DNA of 56,238 nucleotides, filler included, from Jimgerdemannia flammicorona (lineage: Eukaryota), in the NCBI GenBank assembly GCA_003990765.1. It is 3 parts of 3 records of this genome, joined end to end, with 100 filler letters (N's around TTAATTAATTAA, not from the genome) between each part and the next. Parts side by side here need not be neighbours in the genome. Positions count along the whole stretch, not along the records: positions 1 to 18,681 come from RBNJ01002137.1; positions 18,782 to 37,460 come from RBNJ01002138.1; 1 more part is not named here. One strand, written 5' to 3'. The notes beneath the pieces are model-generated. The model was not told the DNA's origin. It made no database searches and saw nothing but the letters and a program-made list of their open reading frames with translations. Of the stretch, positions 10,395 through 20,949 are shown piece by piece. The first letter of the stretch is position 1. Every line of letters begins with the position of its first letter. A program made the translations under genes and the position numbers.

Positions 10395-12425
10395 CTACTG
10401 CTCCATGCCCATCTCCTCCTGTGCCTTGTCCAGATTATGTTCAGCCATCACCTCCTCCTCTTCAGCCCTCTGAGGCTCCAGTCCAGCCAACAGCTCATTC
10501 ATCTCCTCATCAGCCTTCTCCTCAAACTCCTCTCTGTACTCAATGCAAGCCTCTTGCCAAAGCTGCAACCCATGACGCCTGTTCCAACAGTACTCAGCCT
10601 TCTCTCCAGCAACAACTGCCAACTCTGCCTCCCTCTCCTTGTCCACCTCATACCCTTTCTCCTCCAGATACACTGCGAGAATTTCCGCCTTCAGTGCCAC
10701 CACCACTCCTTCCCCCTGCAAAATTCTCATCCAGTGCTTGTCACCCATCCCATGCAGGTCCACCTCCCCCAGCTCTTCTGCTGCCAGGTTATTCATCATC
10801 CGGTATATCCAAAGTAGGTTCCCCACCTCCTTCCCACCAGGGGTCACCAGCCTCCCTCTGTCCAGCATTGTGGTGTCAGCTCCAGTACTCGCATCCTCAT
10901 TCCACACCTCCAGGACATCCACCAGTTCCTCCTCCCTGGCCACCACTACTTGGTCCCCATCCATTACCTCTGGAATGCTGAATTTCACCTGCTGTGTCCC
11001 CAACATCATCACGTCCTCCCCAGACTTGCACCTGGAAGCTGGGCCATACCTGATAAGAGGGGAAGGGGTGGGGGAGTTCTCACAGACTTCATCCCAAACC
11101 TCCAAGGTGCCATCTGCATATGGGTCGCTAATCTTCACCTTGTTTGCCTTCCCTGTCTTTGCCCCATTGTTCCTACTCCTCTCACCAGCCCAGACACTCG
11201 CTCCAGCCTCTTCTGCACCTGTCTTCATGCTCACATCCTTCAGTGGTCCACCCCCCAGTTTAGCCAGCAGATCCTTCTGCCTCTTCCACCCCTGAGCCCT
11301 TTCCCACTACACTTTGTCCACCCGAATCCGCTTTCCATCCACTACCTCCAGATGCATTGACTCCTCAAAAGTCTTCCAGGCCTTAGCTCGTCATTCCACA
11401 GTCCCATCCAGCTCCTCCAGTGCTTCCAATAAATCTTCCTCCTCTTCTTCACTTCCTTTTACCCATGTCACCTTACACAGGAATGCTCCCCAAACCATCA
11501 CCAAAGGCCAGTCCCTCATCTTCCCAGTAGCCTCTTTTCCAGCCAGCCGAATCCTCACATCCACATCCCCAGTCCTGAGCATGGTTCCTTCCCAGACTCT
11601 GAATCCGATATCCACTACCTCTCCATACTCTGCCATGACATCCTCCACTCTCTTCCTCATCTCTATTGCCGTCACCATGGGAACTCCTTTCACCAGCAGT
11701 TGGACCACCCTCAGATCCCATTTCAAACACCTTGCCATCAGAACACACACCTCCCCAACCACCAACCCAACCTTCAGTGCCTCTTCTAGTGGTTCAACCT
11801 CCTCAAAACCCACCTCCACCCCCTCTAGCCCCTTCAGAAACTTCACCAAAGCCACTCCTGCCACCTGCGTAGCAATAAGCCCCAACACCATTTTCACCAT
11901 CACTGCTAAGCCCCGGAAGCATAGCATGACTGCAAATGCTAAGATCGACTTCTTGAGTAATGGAGCCACCACCAGTCCCATTACACCATCTGCCAGGTCC
12001 CCAGGCCTCGTGCCCTTTCCACTGCTCAACTCACCATCAGCAGTCCCATCTAGATTTTTTTCCAGATCACCTGTCACACCCCCATCAGCAGTCCCTGCCC
12101 CAGCCGCTACCCCCCCAGCTCCCTCCCTATGGCCCTCCAGAGAGGAACCCCCAAGAGGTTGCTGCCTGGTAGCCTTCACCAGTACCTTCCCCCCTCTCAG
12201 CCAGCTCTCCAGTCCAGCTCCCTGCCGACCCCCCTTCACCTTCTCCGCAAAGCTCACCCTATCAGACCCTTGACCTCCAGCTCTGCCCCCTCCTCCACTG
12301 CAGCCTCCTGCCAGCAGGCCCCTCATACTTTCCCCCAAGCCGGGGCCTCTCCCCACTTGCTGCCATTCAAATGTGTCAGGGCCACCCTGCCCAGTACACA
12401 CCTCCGGATGATCATTGCTCGCCAT
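10395..12425 (-). pseudogene. LINE ORF1 (Gly-rich N-terminus, RRM-like core, acidic coiled-coil-like C-terminus)
   Basis: ORF-track pieces 11391-12425 and 10395-11234 are in the same frame. The core LLVKGVP...MAEYGEVVDIGF...TGDVDVRIRL resembles L1/Tx1 ORF1 RRM regions. Confidence 0.8.
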
Positions 12426-12762
12426 GATACTAGTAGCTTTTCTCCAGAAACTGTGTCGAAAGTGTTGCCAACAGATTGTGTAACCTGAATGTTATCAGAG
12501 AAAGGGCTGGTCTTTAATTTCTATTCTAAGTTTGTTAAAATTTTAGATAGAATTTTCTACGTTATCTGACTATATCTGATCTTTTAGTGATAAGTCTGTT
12601 AGTACTTCTGAAGTATTTATAAGTTAGATATACTCTTAGTAATTAGACTAGTGCTGATTGAGGATTCTGTATCCTTTTAATACTAGAAAGTTGATAAGTC
12701 TTAAATTAATTACTTCTTTTCTTGTCCAAATACTAATGATGATTCATTCTTCTGTTATAACT

Positions 12763-13500
12763 AGAAGTAGAGGAAGAGAGCATAATAGAAGTCCAAGAAG
12801 GAAAAAGGGCAAAGCCCAAGACAGAATTGAAGGAGATAAAGAGAAAGCAAGATATGAGAAAGATAAGAAATAAGAATAGATAAAGAATAGAGCAGAAATT
12901 ATATCTATTATTTATTGCTATGTAAAAGTATAGTCCTTATATATAAAATGAAGTCTAAAAAAGAAATAATATGCTACAATATAGAGATAACTGAAGTAGA
13001 AGAGAAAGAGGGTACAATGAAAGTCTGAGAAGATAGAGGGGTAAAGCCTGAGTCAAGGTCAAAGGAGATAAAGGAAAGGTGATATATGAGAAAGATGAGA
13101 AATAAGAATAGACAAAGAATAGAGTAGAAATTACATCTATTGTTTATTGCCATACAAAAGTATAGTCCTTATATATAAATATGAAGTCTCAAAAAGAAAC
13201 AATACACTACAATATAGAAATAACTGAATTAAGAACCTCATATTATATAAAGATAAAAGAGAGCCAATTCTAAAGTGAGAATAAAAATCAGAAACAAACA
13301 AATTCAAATTAAGATTAAAAAAACATCTACAGACCCTAGTGGAGTAAGTAAGAGTGAGGAGTAGAGGTCAAGTTAAGTAAGTCACAGTGAGTCCAAGATG
13401 AATCCAAGGGGTCAAAGGCTATTGAAGGGAGTAAAGTGAAGACTAAAGACCCTGGGGCAAGAGTGAGACCCTAGAGAAGACCAGAATGTTTTTTAATCTT
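12763..13500. repeat. PLE 3' pseudo-LTR with a ~235-bp tandem duplication
   Basis: Units 12763-12996 and 12997-13228 share gagaaagat.agaaataagaataga.aaagaataga...aaaagtatagtccttatatataaa...ataactgaa. 12997-13500 recurs at ~16610-17120. Confidence 0.85.
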
Positions 13501-13799
13501 CTCTGGCAGAGCCAGAGATATTAAAAGATAATAAAAACCAAAATGAGAATGATGAATTAGAGAAGAAACAAAAGAAAGATATAAATAAGTAATGAAAAGA
13601 TACTGAGAAAGAGATGACAGACTATGATGATAAAGAAAAGAGTACAGGACAGCATCAGGGCATTATACAGCTCAGTGAGCTGATCAAATAGTATAATGAG
13701 AATTGAAAGAGAGAAGGAAGAGGGGGTACAGAGTAAGTAAGAAGAAAGAGAGAGAAGTGAAGATGGATAGAGAAGAGAAGAGTGAATAACAGATTATTC

Positions 13800-14980
13800 A
13801 ACAGAGATAAGCAGATGGTAAATGATAGAAATGAGATAAGTATCGCAGTAGACCATAAAGTTACCAAGAATCTGAATAGTAGACACTTAGTCTGAACAAC
13901 AGAAGTAGCATAAAGTAAGATAAGAAATCTATCTTAAATATACTTATAAAGAGTGTGATGGAGATGATTTGAATAATAGTTAGAGAACTGTTAAGAATGG
14001 GGAAACTTAGAATAAACAATAGTTTGGAAGAGAAAAGAGAAATGAAAAGGTCTAAAAAGGAGATACTGATCATACTGAGCACCCAAGTAATAGAATAATA
14101 GAGTGAGTAGATACTATAAAATATACTAGAAAATAAATACCAGAAATAGTAAGGACAATAAAGTTATTAATATAATAGCAAAAGAATATACCTCTAGCCC
14201 AGAAGACAATAGTGAGCAGTAAAGTAGGATTATGAATCACATAAAGTTCATACACTAAGCCAATAAGGTTGGCAAGGGTGGAGGCATAAATAATTCTCAA
14301 AGTGATATTAGAAGTCTGATGAATGGAGCCAAAGGCCAACTTAAAATAATTAGAGTAGTAGATATAGAGCATAAGCTCAATAATTGAGTTCAATAAAATA
14401 GAGAAATTTAGAGAGAAAACAATAGAACCCAGGAAGTGAAGACAATTATTAATCTTATTAAAATAAATAGCAGTATAAAAAGAAGAGAAGTCACTAGAGA
14501 CCAAATGGAAGAAATGATAAATAGGTACAATAGTGAAGCAAAGAAGTATGAGCTCCTGAGTGATACAAAGAATAGTGTACTCAGGTCCAAGATGACATTA
14601 TAAAAGTATTATCCAAGAGAGAAAGAAATGAGATAATAATTTCAAAATCTCAGTGGTCTGAGAGCAATAGGTAGCTGTAAGAGTTGCTAAGCCAAAACAG
14701 GCTTATAAATTTTGAAAAGAGTATAAAAAACTCAGAGACAAATATCTGGCAAGGACAAAGAGTCCTATAAGAAGTGAAAATTGGAAGACACTAACAGAGA
14801 ATCCAAAAGTAAGAATATATGAGCCAATTCAATCCAAAGAAGGAAAAGTATTTTATCTAATCCAAGAGCATATAGCTTGTAAGCCACATTATTGAGGAGG
14901 GCCAAAAAGCCACCAAGGTAGAGTATATGTGAAATGAGAGCAAAATCTTAGTTTTATCAGTAACTGTAAAGACAATAGCT
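13800..14980 (-). pseudogene. Penelope-like reverse transcriptase (degenerate)
   Basis: Motifs in order on the minus strand: IVFTVTDK (~14960); FYTLFKIYKPVLA* (cf. FYxLPKIHK..RP, ~14690-14728); LVSSDFSSFYTAI (~14470-14505); QTSNITLRIIYASTLANL (cf. QxxGIAMGxxxAPxLANL); YYINNF (cf. RYIDD); ITW...ISFLDL. Most deviations are C>T/G>A. Confidence 0.78.
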
Positions 14981-16807
14981 TGATCAATTTAAGCCCAGTA
15001 TATATGATATAGCCCAAAATCAAGCAAGAGAAAGTATAATCAGAAGAGGTCAGCTAGTAAGCCATGTTGAGAAATACACTATTTAAAGAGATATTGATAA
15101 GGAAGACCTACTTGCTGGAAATGAAATAGTGAGAGAGCAACTCAGTACAATCTTTAAAGAAGATTGCAAGATCAAGTATATGATGGAAGCACTTAGGATG
15201 AGCTGGGACAACAAAGAAAAACTGGAAATAAGTTACTGGAAAAACAAAATAAGAACTCAATGAAAGTGTAAAGGTTTGAAGAGGAGAAAGAAGACAGTTA
15301 GTCTAAGAGAAAAGAGGAGATAGAAGAGCTTTAGAAGAAGAATAAATCTAAAAGTTCAGGACAAGTAACTGGAAAAAACAAAGAAGAGACTATATGAGTA
15401 ATTACTCAGGGTATATCAGAAGTAATAACAGGATACATGATGAGATGAAAATACCAGAGGAGAACTAAGCTAGAGAGAAGTTTAACTGTGAGAGGACTTC
15501 TCCTTCTCTTAGACTTTTTATGAGAGAGATATAGTGGATGAGTATGAGTAAACCCAATCTAAATATCAGACCTTGTAGTTACAGTCCTTTGTGCAGCCCT
15601 TATATTCAGGGACGTATAGAGAGTGAGATCTGAAAGAGATAGCAGAAGAAGAGAAGGGAGAGAAGAAGCATGATAGTACCTTAGAGGAGAAGGAGAGGGT
15701 AGTAGAAGCAACTAGAGAAGGAATACCACTATATGAACAAGTGGCTTTAGCAGAATGTCAGTAGGTCTGTTTGAGGTAGTCAGAGCAGATGAAGTATAAC
15801 CAAGAGTCTGTAAGTTAGATACCAAGAGTGTAACTATGTTTGAAGTTAGAGAGAGACTTCACTACTAGTAAGAAGGAGTGGAAAGAGACTGAAGAGGTCT
15901 TAAAGAGAGAGGTTGAGGATTTGGTACCTTTGGTGGCAGTAGTGGTAATGGAGTAAATATCTGCATAAATGGTTGTATAGACTTTAGCTCAAATGGTCTC
16001 AGAAACTGAGTTCTCAGGAGAGGCCAGAGAGGAAGCTATAGTAGTGGTACAAGTAGTAGTAGTAGTTTGAGAAACCTCTGCCTCATGGAGGCAAGCTAGA
16101 AAGGAGTAGCCAGTGAGCAAGAAGTAATGAATAGCTTTGATATCAATAGTAGCAGAAGAGACTTCATCAGTTATAAAACCACAGAAGGAGACAGCATCAG
16201 AGAGATAAGAGGAGGTAAGAGTCAAGAAGGTGACACAAGTTAGATAGAACTAGATGGAGGTGGTGGTAGTGACATTATATATCATATCAGTAATAGCAGT
16301 CTTGGTAGCAATAGAGGCAGTATAGATCTCCTTAGAGAAGACCTGGTGACACTTCTCAGTAAGAATAGGAAACTTGATAGCAGGTGAAGTAACAGAATTA
16401 ATGTTATAGCAAAGATGAGTCTCCTTAGTAGAGAGCAAGAGAACTGAGCAGAACTGAGTAAGAAGAAGGTAGCCCAACAAGTGAAGGTTGAGGGAGAGAG
16501 AGAGGATGGCAGAAGATATATAAGTATCAAAGAAGATATCGACAGAAGTGAAGCAGAGGGAAAGGAAAAAGGACTGTATCATTAGTGGGGGCCCTGGAGA
16601 CAGAAGTGGTAGCAGTAGAGAAACAGGGTATAATAAGATCTTGAGAAGAAAGAGGGGCAAAGTCCAAGCCAAGATTAAAGAAGATAGAGAGAACATAAGA
16701 TATATATGAAAAAGGTGAGAAATAAGAAGGAACAAAGAACAGGGCAGAATTTGCATCCATTGTTTATTACTATACAAAAGTATAGTTCTTATATATAAAT
16801 ATAAAGT

Positions 16808-17243
16808 TCCAAAAAGGAATAATATACCACAATATACAAATAACTGAATTAAGAACCTCATATTATATGAGATAAGGAAAGAGCCAATCCTGCAGTAAGA
16901 ATAAAAATCAGAAACAAACAAATCCAAATCAAGATTAAAAAAACATCTGCAGACCCCAGAGGGGTAAGTGAGAGCAAGGGGTAGAGTTCAAGTGAAGCAA
17001 GCCACAGTGAGCCTGAGGTAAAGCTGAGAGGCTGAAGGCAGTGGAGGGTAGCAAAGTGAAGACTGAAGACCCTAGAGTAAGCACAAGACCCTGGAGGGGG
17101 CCAGGATGTTTTTTTAATCTCATTTTGGATTTGTTTATTTCCGATTTTTATTCTCACTCTGGGATTGGCTCTTCTCTTATCTTTGCATGACATGAGGTTC
17201 TTAATTCAGTTATCTACATGTTGTGGCGCGTGATTCATTTTTG
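16808..17243. repeat. ~140-bp inverted repeat with a ~155-bp spacer at the PLE 5' end
   Basis: The reverse complement of 17104-17243 matches 16808-16948 (ataactgaattaagaacctca...gagccaatcc...gaataaaaatc.gaaa.aaacaaatccaaa...gattaaaaaaacatc). Confidence 0.9.
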
Positions 17244-17457
17244 ATGCAGATTTTACAGTTAACAAAGGCAACTGTAGCTTGCTACGGAACACTCGATTCA
17301 TTCCTATATTGAATATGATGAATGTGGTTTATACCTCACCACTGGGAAACAATATATGTGCACCTCCAGTGTTGATTTCGATTTAAGCCGTATGTTTTAT
17401 CAAGAAAGCTCGTGATAATGCGCTTGAGTTTCATTTTTCAGATTGCCGACAATGTAG

Positions 17458-17685
17458 ATGTTGGACCGCAAAACTAGGACCCATGTTTCCAAGAAACCCT
17501 CCGCACGAGACGCCAAACTAAAAGCAGCAAAGAAGGTTTCGGCCATCCCCATGCCTAATAGGAAATGCCTTTCGCAACCAAGCCCGAAATTTGGGCCCGA
17601 TTCCCTCGCAAACGTTGTTGAGTTGTCTGAGCAAGCAGTCATAATTCTCCGGATCCAACAACTTTGGAGAATAGGAACATCATGA
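17458..17685 (+). CDS. Possible small basic host ORF or exon in a non-repetitive, CpG-normal island
   Basis: 75-aa Lys/Arg-rich ORF in the only stretch (17245-18210) with no visible repeat similarity. No recognisable domain. Confidence 0.25.
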   Translation: MLDRKTRTHVSKKPSARDAKLKAAKKVSAIPMPNRKCLSQPSPKFGPDSLANVVELSEQAVIILRIQQLWRIGTS

Positions 17686-18213
17686 AACAATTGAGGATGT
17701 CGTCAGTCGCCACCCTATGTAGGACAGGCTAGATACTAAAATCCATTTCTATAATATACCTATATGTATGGCTGTGACCGGGATATGCAAAATATATTAC
17801 ATGCTGCTCCATCGAATGTTTACGAAATCCATTAATATAAGTAGAGATATACATTATCTTGGCGAATTTGGGTTGAGAATATAATTAGAAGACGTGATAT
17901 ATTTTTCTACAGTAACTCTCAACGATCACCGAATGCATATCGTGAAGATAACCTCTCATTTGTATTCCATTTTTACAGATATTGCTGATATGGAACTATT
18001 CATTTCCCACTAGGCACGGATTTTTCCGCCTTGTGGTCAAGCAAGTTGTGTAGCACTTTCAGTGTCAAAGCCGAAATCCCTAAGCCACGAGGAGCGCTGT
18101 CGGGGTTTGGCCACAACCCCTCTTCTACTTATAAATACTAACCACTGAAGTTGTGCCACCACTGCAGCCGCACAAGAAGGATATGAGCTTAATAACAAAT
18201 ATTAAATATTCTC

Positions 18214-18340
18214 TTTTTTTTTTTTTTTTCTATAGGCTGTAGCCTCATTTATTAACTATCTATAACATGCTACATATCCTCATACAACATCAGTAGCCCC
18301 ATTCCACCCCAATCTCAACCCACCTTCACCCTCACCCAGT
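18214..18340 (-). mobile_element. LINE-family 3' tail with polyA
   Basis: PolyT 18214-18229. Reverse complement ...ggggctactgatgttgtatgaggat...tagatagttaataaa matches the 3'UTR at 4050-4106. Confidence 0.75.
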
Positions 18341-18492
18341 CTTGCACCTTTAGGGTGTGAGTTGCGACCTCACTGCCCAAGTAACTAGATCCTCCTACCC
18401 AGCCTGCCCCACTCAATGGGTATGGGTTGTGAGCCCCAACCACCTCAAGTACTTGGCATCTAGTGCACCTGACCTACCCCTATTAGTGCCTC

Positions 18493-18681
18493 CTGTCTTG
18501 CCCATCTAGCCTGTCTTGCCTGTCTTGCCTGCCCATGTTGCCCATGTTGCCCATGTTGCCATCTTGCCGTCTTGCCCATCTTGCCCGTCTTGCCCGTCTT
18601 GCCCGTCTTGCCCGTTTTGCCCGTCTTGCCCGTCTTGCCCGTCTTGCCCGTCTTGCCCATGTCGCCCGTCTTGTCGTCTTG
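18493..18681. repeat. 9-bp minisatellite (CCGTCTTGC)n abutting the gap
   Basis: About 20 units; distal units read CCATCTTGC, CTGTCTTGC or CCATGTTGC. Confidence 0.95.
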
Positions 18682-18781
18682 NNNNNNNNNNNNNNNNNNN
18701 NNNNNNNNNNNNNNNNNNNNNNNNNTTAATTAATTAANNNNNNNNNNNNNNNNNNNNNNNNNNNNNNNNNNNNNNNNNNNN
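18682..18781. other. Assembly gap with synthetic TTAATTAATTAA linker
   Basis: 100-nt N block with a central six-frame-stop linker. Confidence 0.98.
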
Positions 18782-19360
18782 GAAAGACCAATTTATCCAA
18801 CACCATCGCCACCCGCCCACTACTCTGTTCACAGATCCCTTCTACCAGACAGTGACGCTGCCCACCTTGTGGTCCCCATCCAACCCACCACCCCATCAGC
18901 AGATCCGCCACCAACTCCTCCCATCTCAACAACTTCTCCTGTATCCCTATCTGTCTCCCTTCCTCAAAAACAAAGAGCCAATGACCAGCCAACCCCACCC
19001 ACACTGCCACAACCCATCCTACAGTAAGCCACCTATTGCCCACACCACCCACAAGTCTAGATTCTAAATCTTCCCAGCGACCTCTCTCCCCTTTCAACCC
19101 CTAGCTGGTCTCCTATAGCTATCCAAAAGTCCCCCAGCACCTCACATTCCCCCAGCCAATGTTCCGGTGTTTGTACAAATTCCCCAGCTTGCCCAACATT
19201 ATAACACTCCTCACAATCCAGCTGACCACCATCCACCAGATGCCCAGCATGGAAGTTCAACATAACATTCCTCTGCAATATTCGCCACCACACTACCTAG
19301 AATTTGGGAGGAAGCCATTGCCGCACCTCGGTACTCCAGGACCAGATCCTTGCCCAATCT
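18782..19360 (-). mobile_element. LINE ORF2 3' fragment (CCHC region)
   Basis: WWRILQRNVMLNFH...CEECYN...QTPEHWLGECEVLGDFW. Confidence 0.9.
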
Positions 19361-19740
19361 GAAGATATCCTATCTCTGATCTCTAGCCTTAATGATAGTG
19401 ATGAAGGTAAAGCCCCCATGATCCTGAACATTCTGCTCTAAGTTCCTTATAATATCTAAATCTTCTGGAATTCTTTTCTTATATAACTGAAATCTACTGG
19501 TATCCTGAACTTGTGCAATTATTTATACAGGCACTTGAATTTATTCTTACAACCAAAGTTTTCTGTATTCTAGTATTTTATTTGATTATTGAAATTTATA
19601 TTTAGCTTTATATCTTAGTAACCATTGATTTATATTTTGTATAAATATCCCTCTTTAAAATAAAGTAAGTTTTCTCAGTTCTCTTAGTTTACTTATACTC
19701 AATTCTATACAAGCAATCTAAGAGATAATAAGACAATTTA
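19360..19740 (+). pseudogene. C-terminus and 3' flank of a further copy of the accessory-ORF cassette
   Basis: ...DSDEGKAPMILNILL* (stop 19439-19441) and the downstream DNA match the reverse complement of 43362-43790 (SDDEDEAPMVLNILL*; attgaaatttatatttagctttatat; caagcaatctaa.agataataagaca). Confidence 0.8.
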
Positions 19741-20239
19741 AAGATAAGAAGTTTGAGGATCATAAGATCTTGAGAAGGTACTCCAATAAGAACTTGCTTA
19801 TAACAAACTTGTAGTTAGTCTAAGAGATACACCTTAAAGAGAATCTGACATATTTGAAGGACTCAGTATCTACTATGTGACAGTATATGTATCTATCTTT
19901 TAATTATCTATCTATATAATATATATGTAGTTTTATTTATAAAATATAGTGTTAAAAAATTTATATAGTATTATAAAATTTATATGATGATTTCCTTTTT
20001 AAGATATATGTAACTGTCGCTATAATCTGACTTAATATAATAAAAATTATTTTTTTTAAAATTATATAAAAATATGAAAAAAAAAAAATTAGATGAAAAT
20101 TCTAGCTCTATTATATTGTAGTAAATCAATCAAAGAATTATTTTATAGAGTTAGATTTTTAATATATATATTTTTTGTTATGTTTTATTCCTTCAAAGTT
20201 TATCAAAATGTTTTGAGATTTATAGATACACCACACTAT

Positions 20240-20700
20240 AGATAATAGACCCAAAGACAATATATTAATATAAGATACTATTTCTATTATAATTAGAGTC
20301 ATTACTGAATAAGCTAAAAGATACTCCTACTGTCTCAAAAGATATAATACCCGAAATATTCTTCTAAGATTATTGGAATTAAAAACTTCTCTAGTATTAC
20401 ATGCTCTGAATGTGGAAAAAGAAAGAAGAAATGAAACTACTCACTAAAGATATGTATAACTGAAGCTGCAGAATTATAAATAATCAAGAGATAAGAAATA
20501 GTAGATAAAAAAGTATCTAAACCAGAAGAACACTCTGAGTTAATCTCTAGAGATAACTCTTACTAGATATCATCAGAAGATAATGACCCTGGAATATTGA
20601 AGAAGGACTAAGTATAGTTGCCATAGTTTTAGATAAAATATAAACCAGTAAAGAGTCTTTTGGCTAGGAAAATATTAGTATCAGAAGGCTCTCAGAAAAG
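20240..20700 (+). mobile_element. Gypsy Pol fragment (PR-dUTPase linker with CxxC)
   Basis: Colinear with the reverse complement of 31855-32320 (ctaagat.attggaa, ctgaagctgcagaa, gaagataat.acccc.g.aatattgaagaaggact). Confidence 0.75.
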
Positions 20701-20949
20701 AAAAAAAAGACTAAGAAATAGGTTCTCAGTAAAGATAACTAATAGAATTTTACAATATTCCAAAAGATTCTATAACTAAATACTTAGTACTGCTTGATAC
20801 AGAGAGAAGACAAAAATGTTCTAGTAATGTTTTAGTATTAAGAGAAGATTTCTAGGTATTTGAAAGATACTAGAATATTGTAGAATATTTAAGAAAAGAT
20901 AAGAAAAGACTACTAAAAAATGTGAAAAAAGGACAAGACCATAATATAA

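Larger units (their letters stand above)
6583..12507 (-). mobile_element. Full-length (~5.9 kb) L1/Tx1-like LINE, inactivated
   Basis: 65-nt polyT (6583-6647), 16-bp TSD TGGTCTTTAA(G/T)TTCTA at 6567-6582 and 12508-12523, and ORF1 plus ORF2. Confidence 0.95.
4112..12762 (-). mobile_element. Ty3/Gypsy gag-protease remnant (segments 4112-5911, 6315-6582, 12508-12762), interrupted by a MITE and a LINE
   Basis: The segments are colinear with gag/PR of the element at 32420-34820. Examples: ELGDSNDEITVPLPIFAEY vs ELEDSNNEMTTPLPTFAGY; agtgataagtctgttagtac vs agtaataagtctgttggtac. Confidence 0.8.
12763..17243 (-). mobile_element. Penelope-like retroelement (PLE), decayed, with pseudo-LTRs
   Basis: PLE-type RT motifs inside. 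~500-bp direct repeats at ~12997-13500 and ~16610-17120, an extra partial tandem unit at 12763-12996, and an inverted partial copy at 17104-17243. Confidence 0.78.

Noticed and set aside
11314..12273. 319-aa Ser/Pro/Thr-rich plus-strand ORF and similar antisense ORFs over LINEs
   Set aside because: Shadow frames caused by the G-rich LINE coding strand; no independent domain signal.
13655..14590. Hydrophobic, membrane-protein-like ORFs (also 26492-27921)
   Set aside because: Artefacts of AT/pyrimidine-biased decayed TE sequence; several overlap recognisable RT remnants.
16540..16590. Possible hammerhead ribozyme core (CTAATGA on the minus strand) near the PLE repeat
   Set aside because: No convincing GAAA or stems by eye; it needs a covariance-model search on a reconstructed consensus.
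12763..17243. DIRS/Ngaro tyrosine-recombinase element suggested by split direct and inverted repeats
   Set aside because: RT motifs are PLE-type, and no RNase H or tyrosine recombinase motifs were recognised.
18460..18737. ORFs with GKT / CPS / ARL repeats
   Set aside because: They are translations of the 9-bp minisatellite, which is open in several frames.
18726..18737. TTAATTAATTAA palindrome (also 37505-37516)
   Set aside because: Synthetic scaffold linker centred in N blocks.
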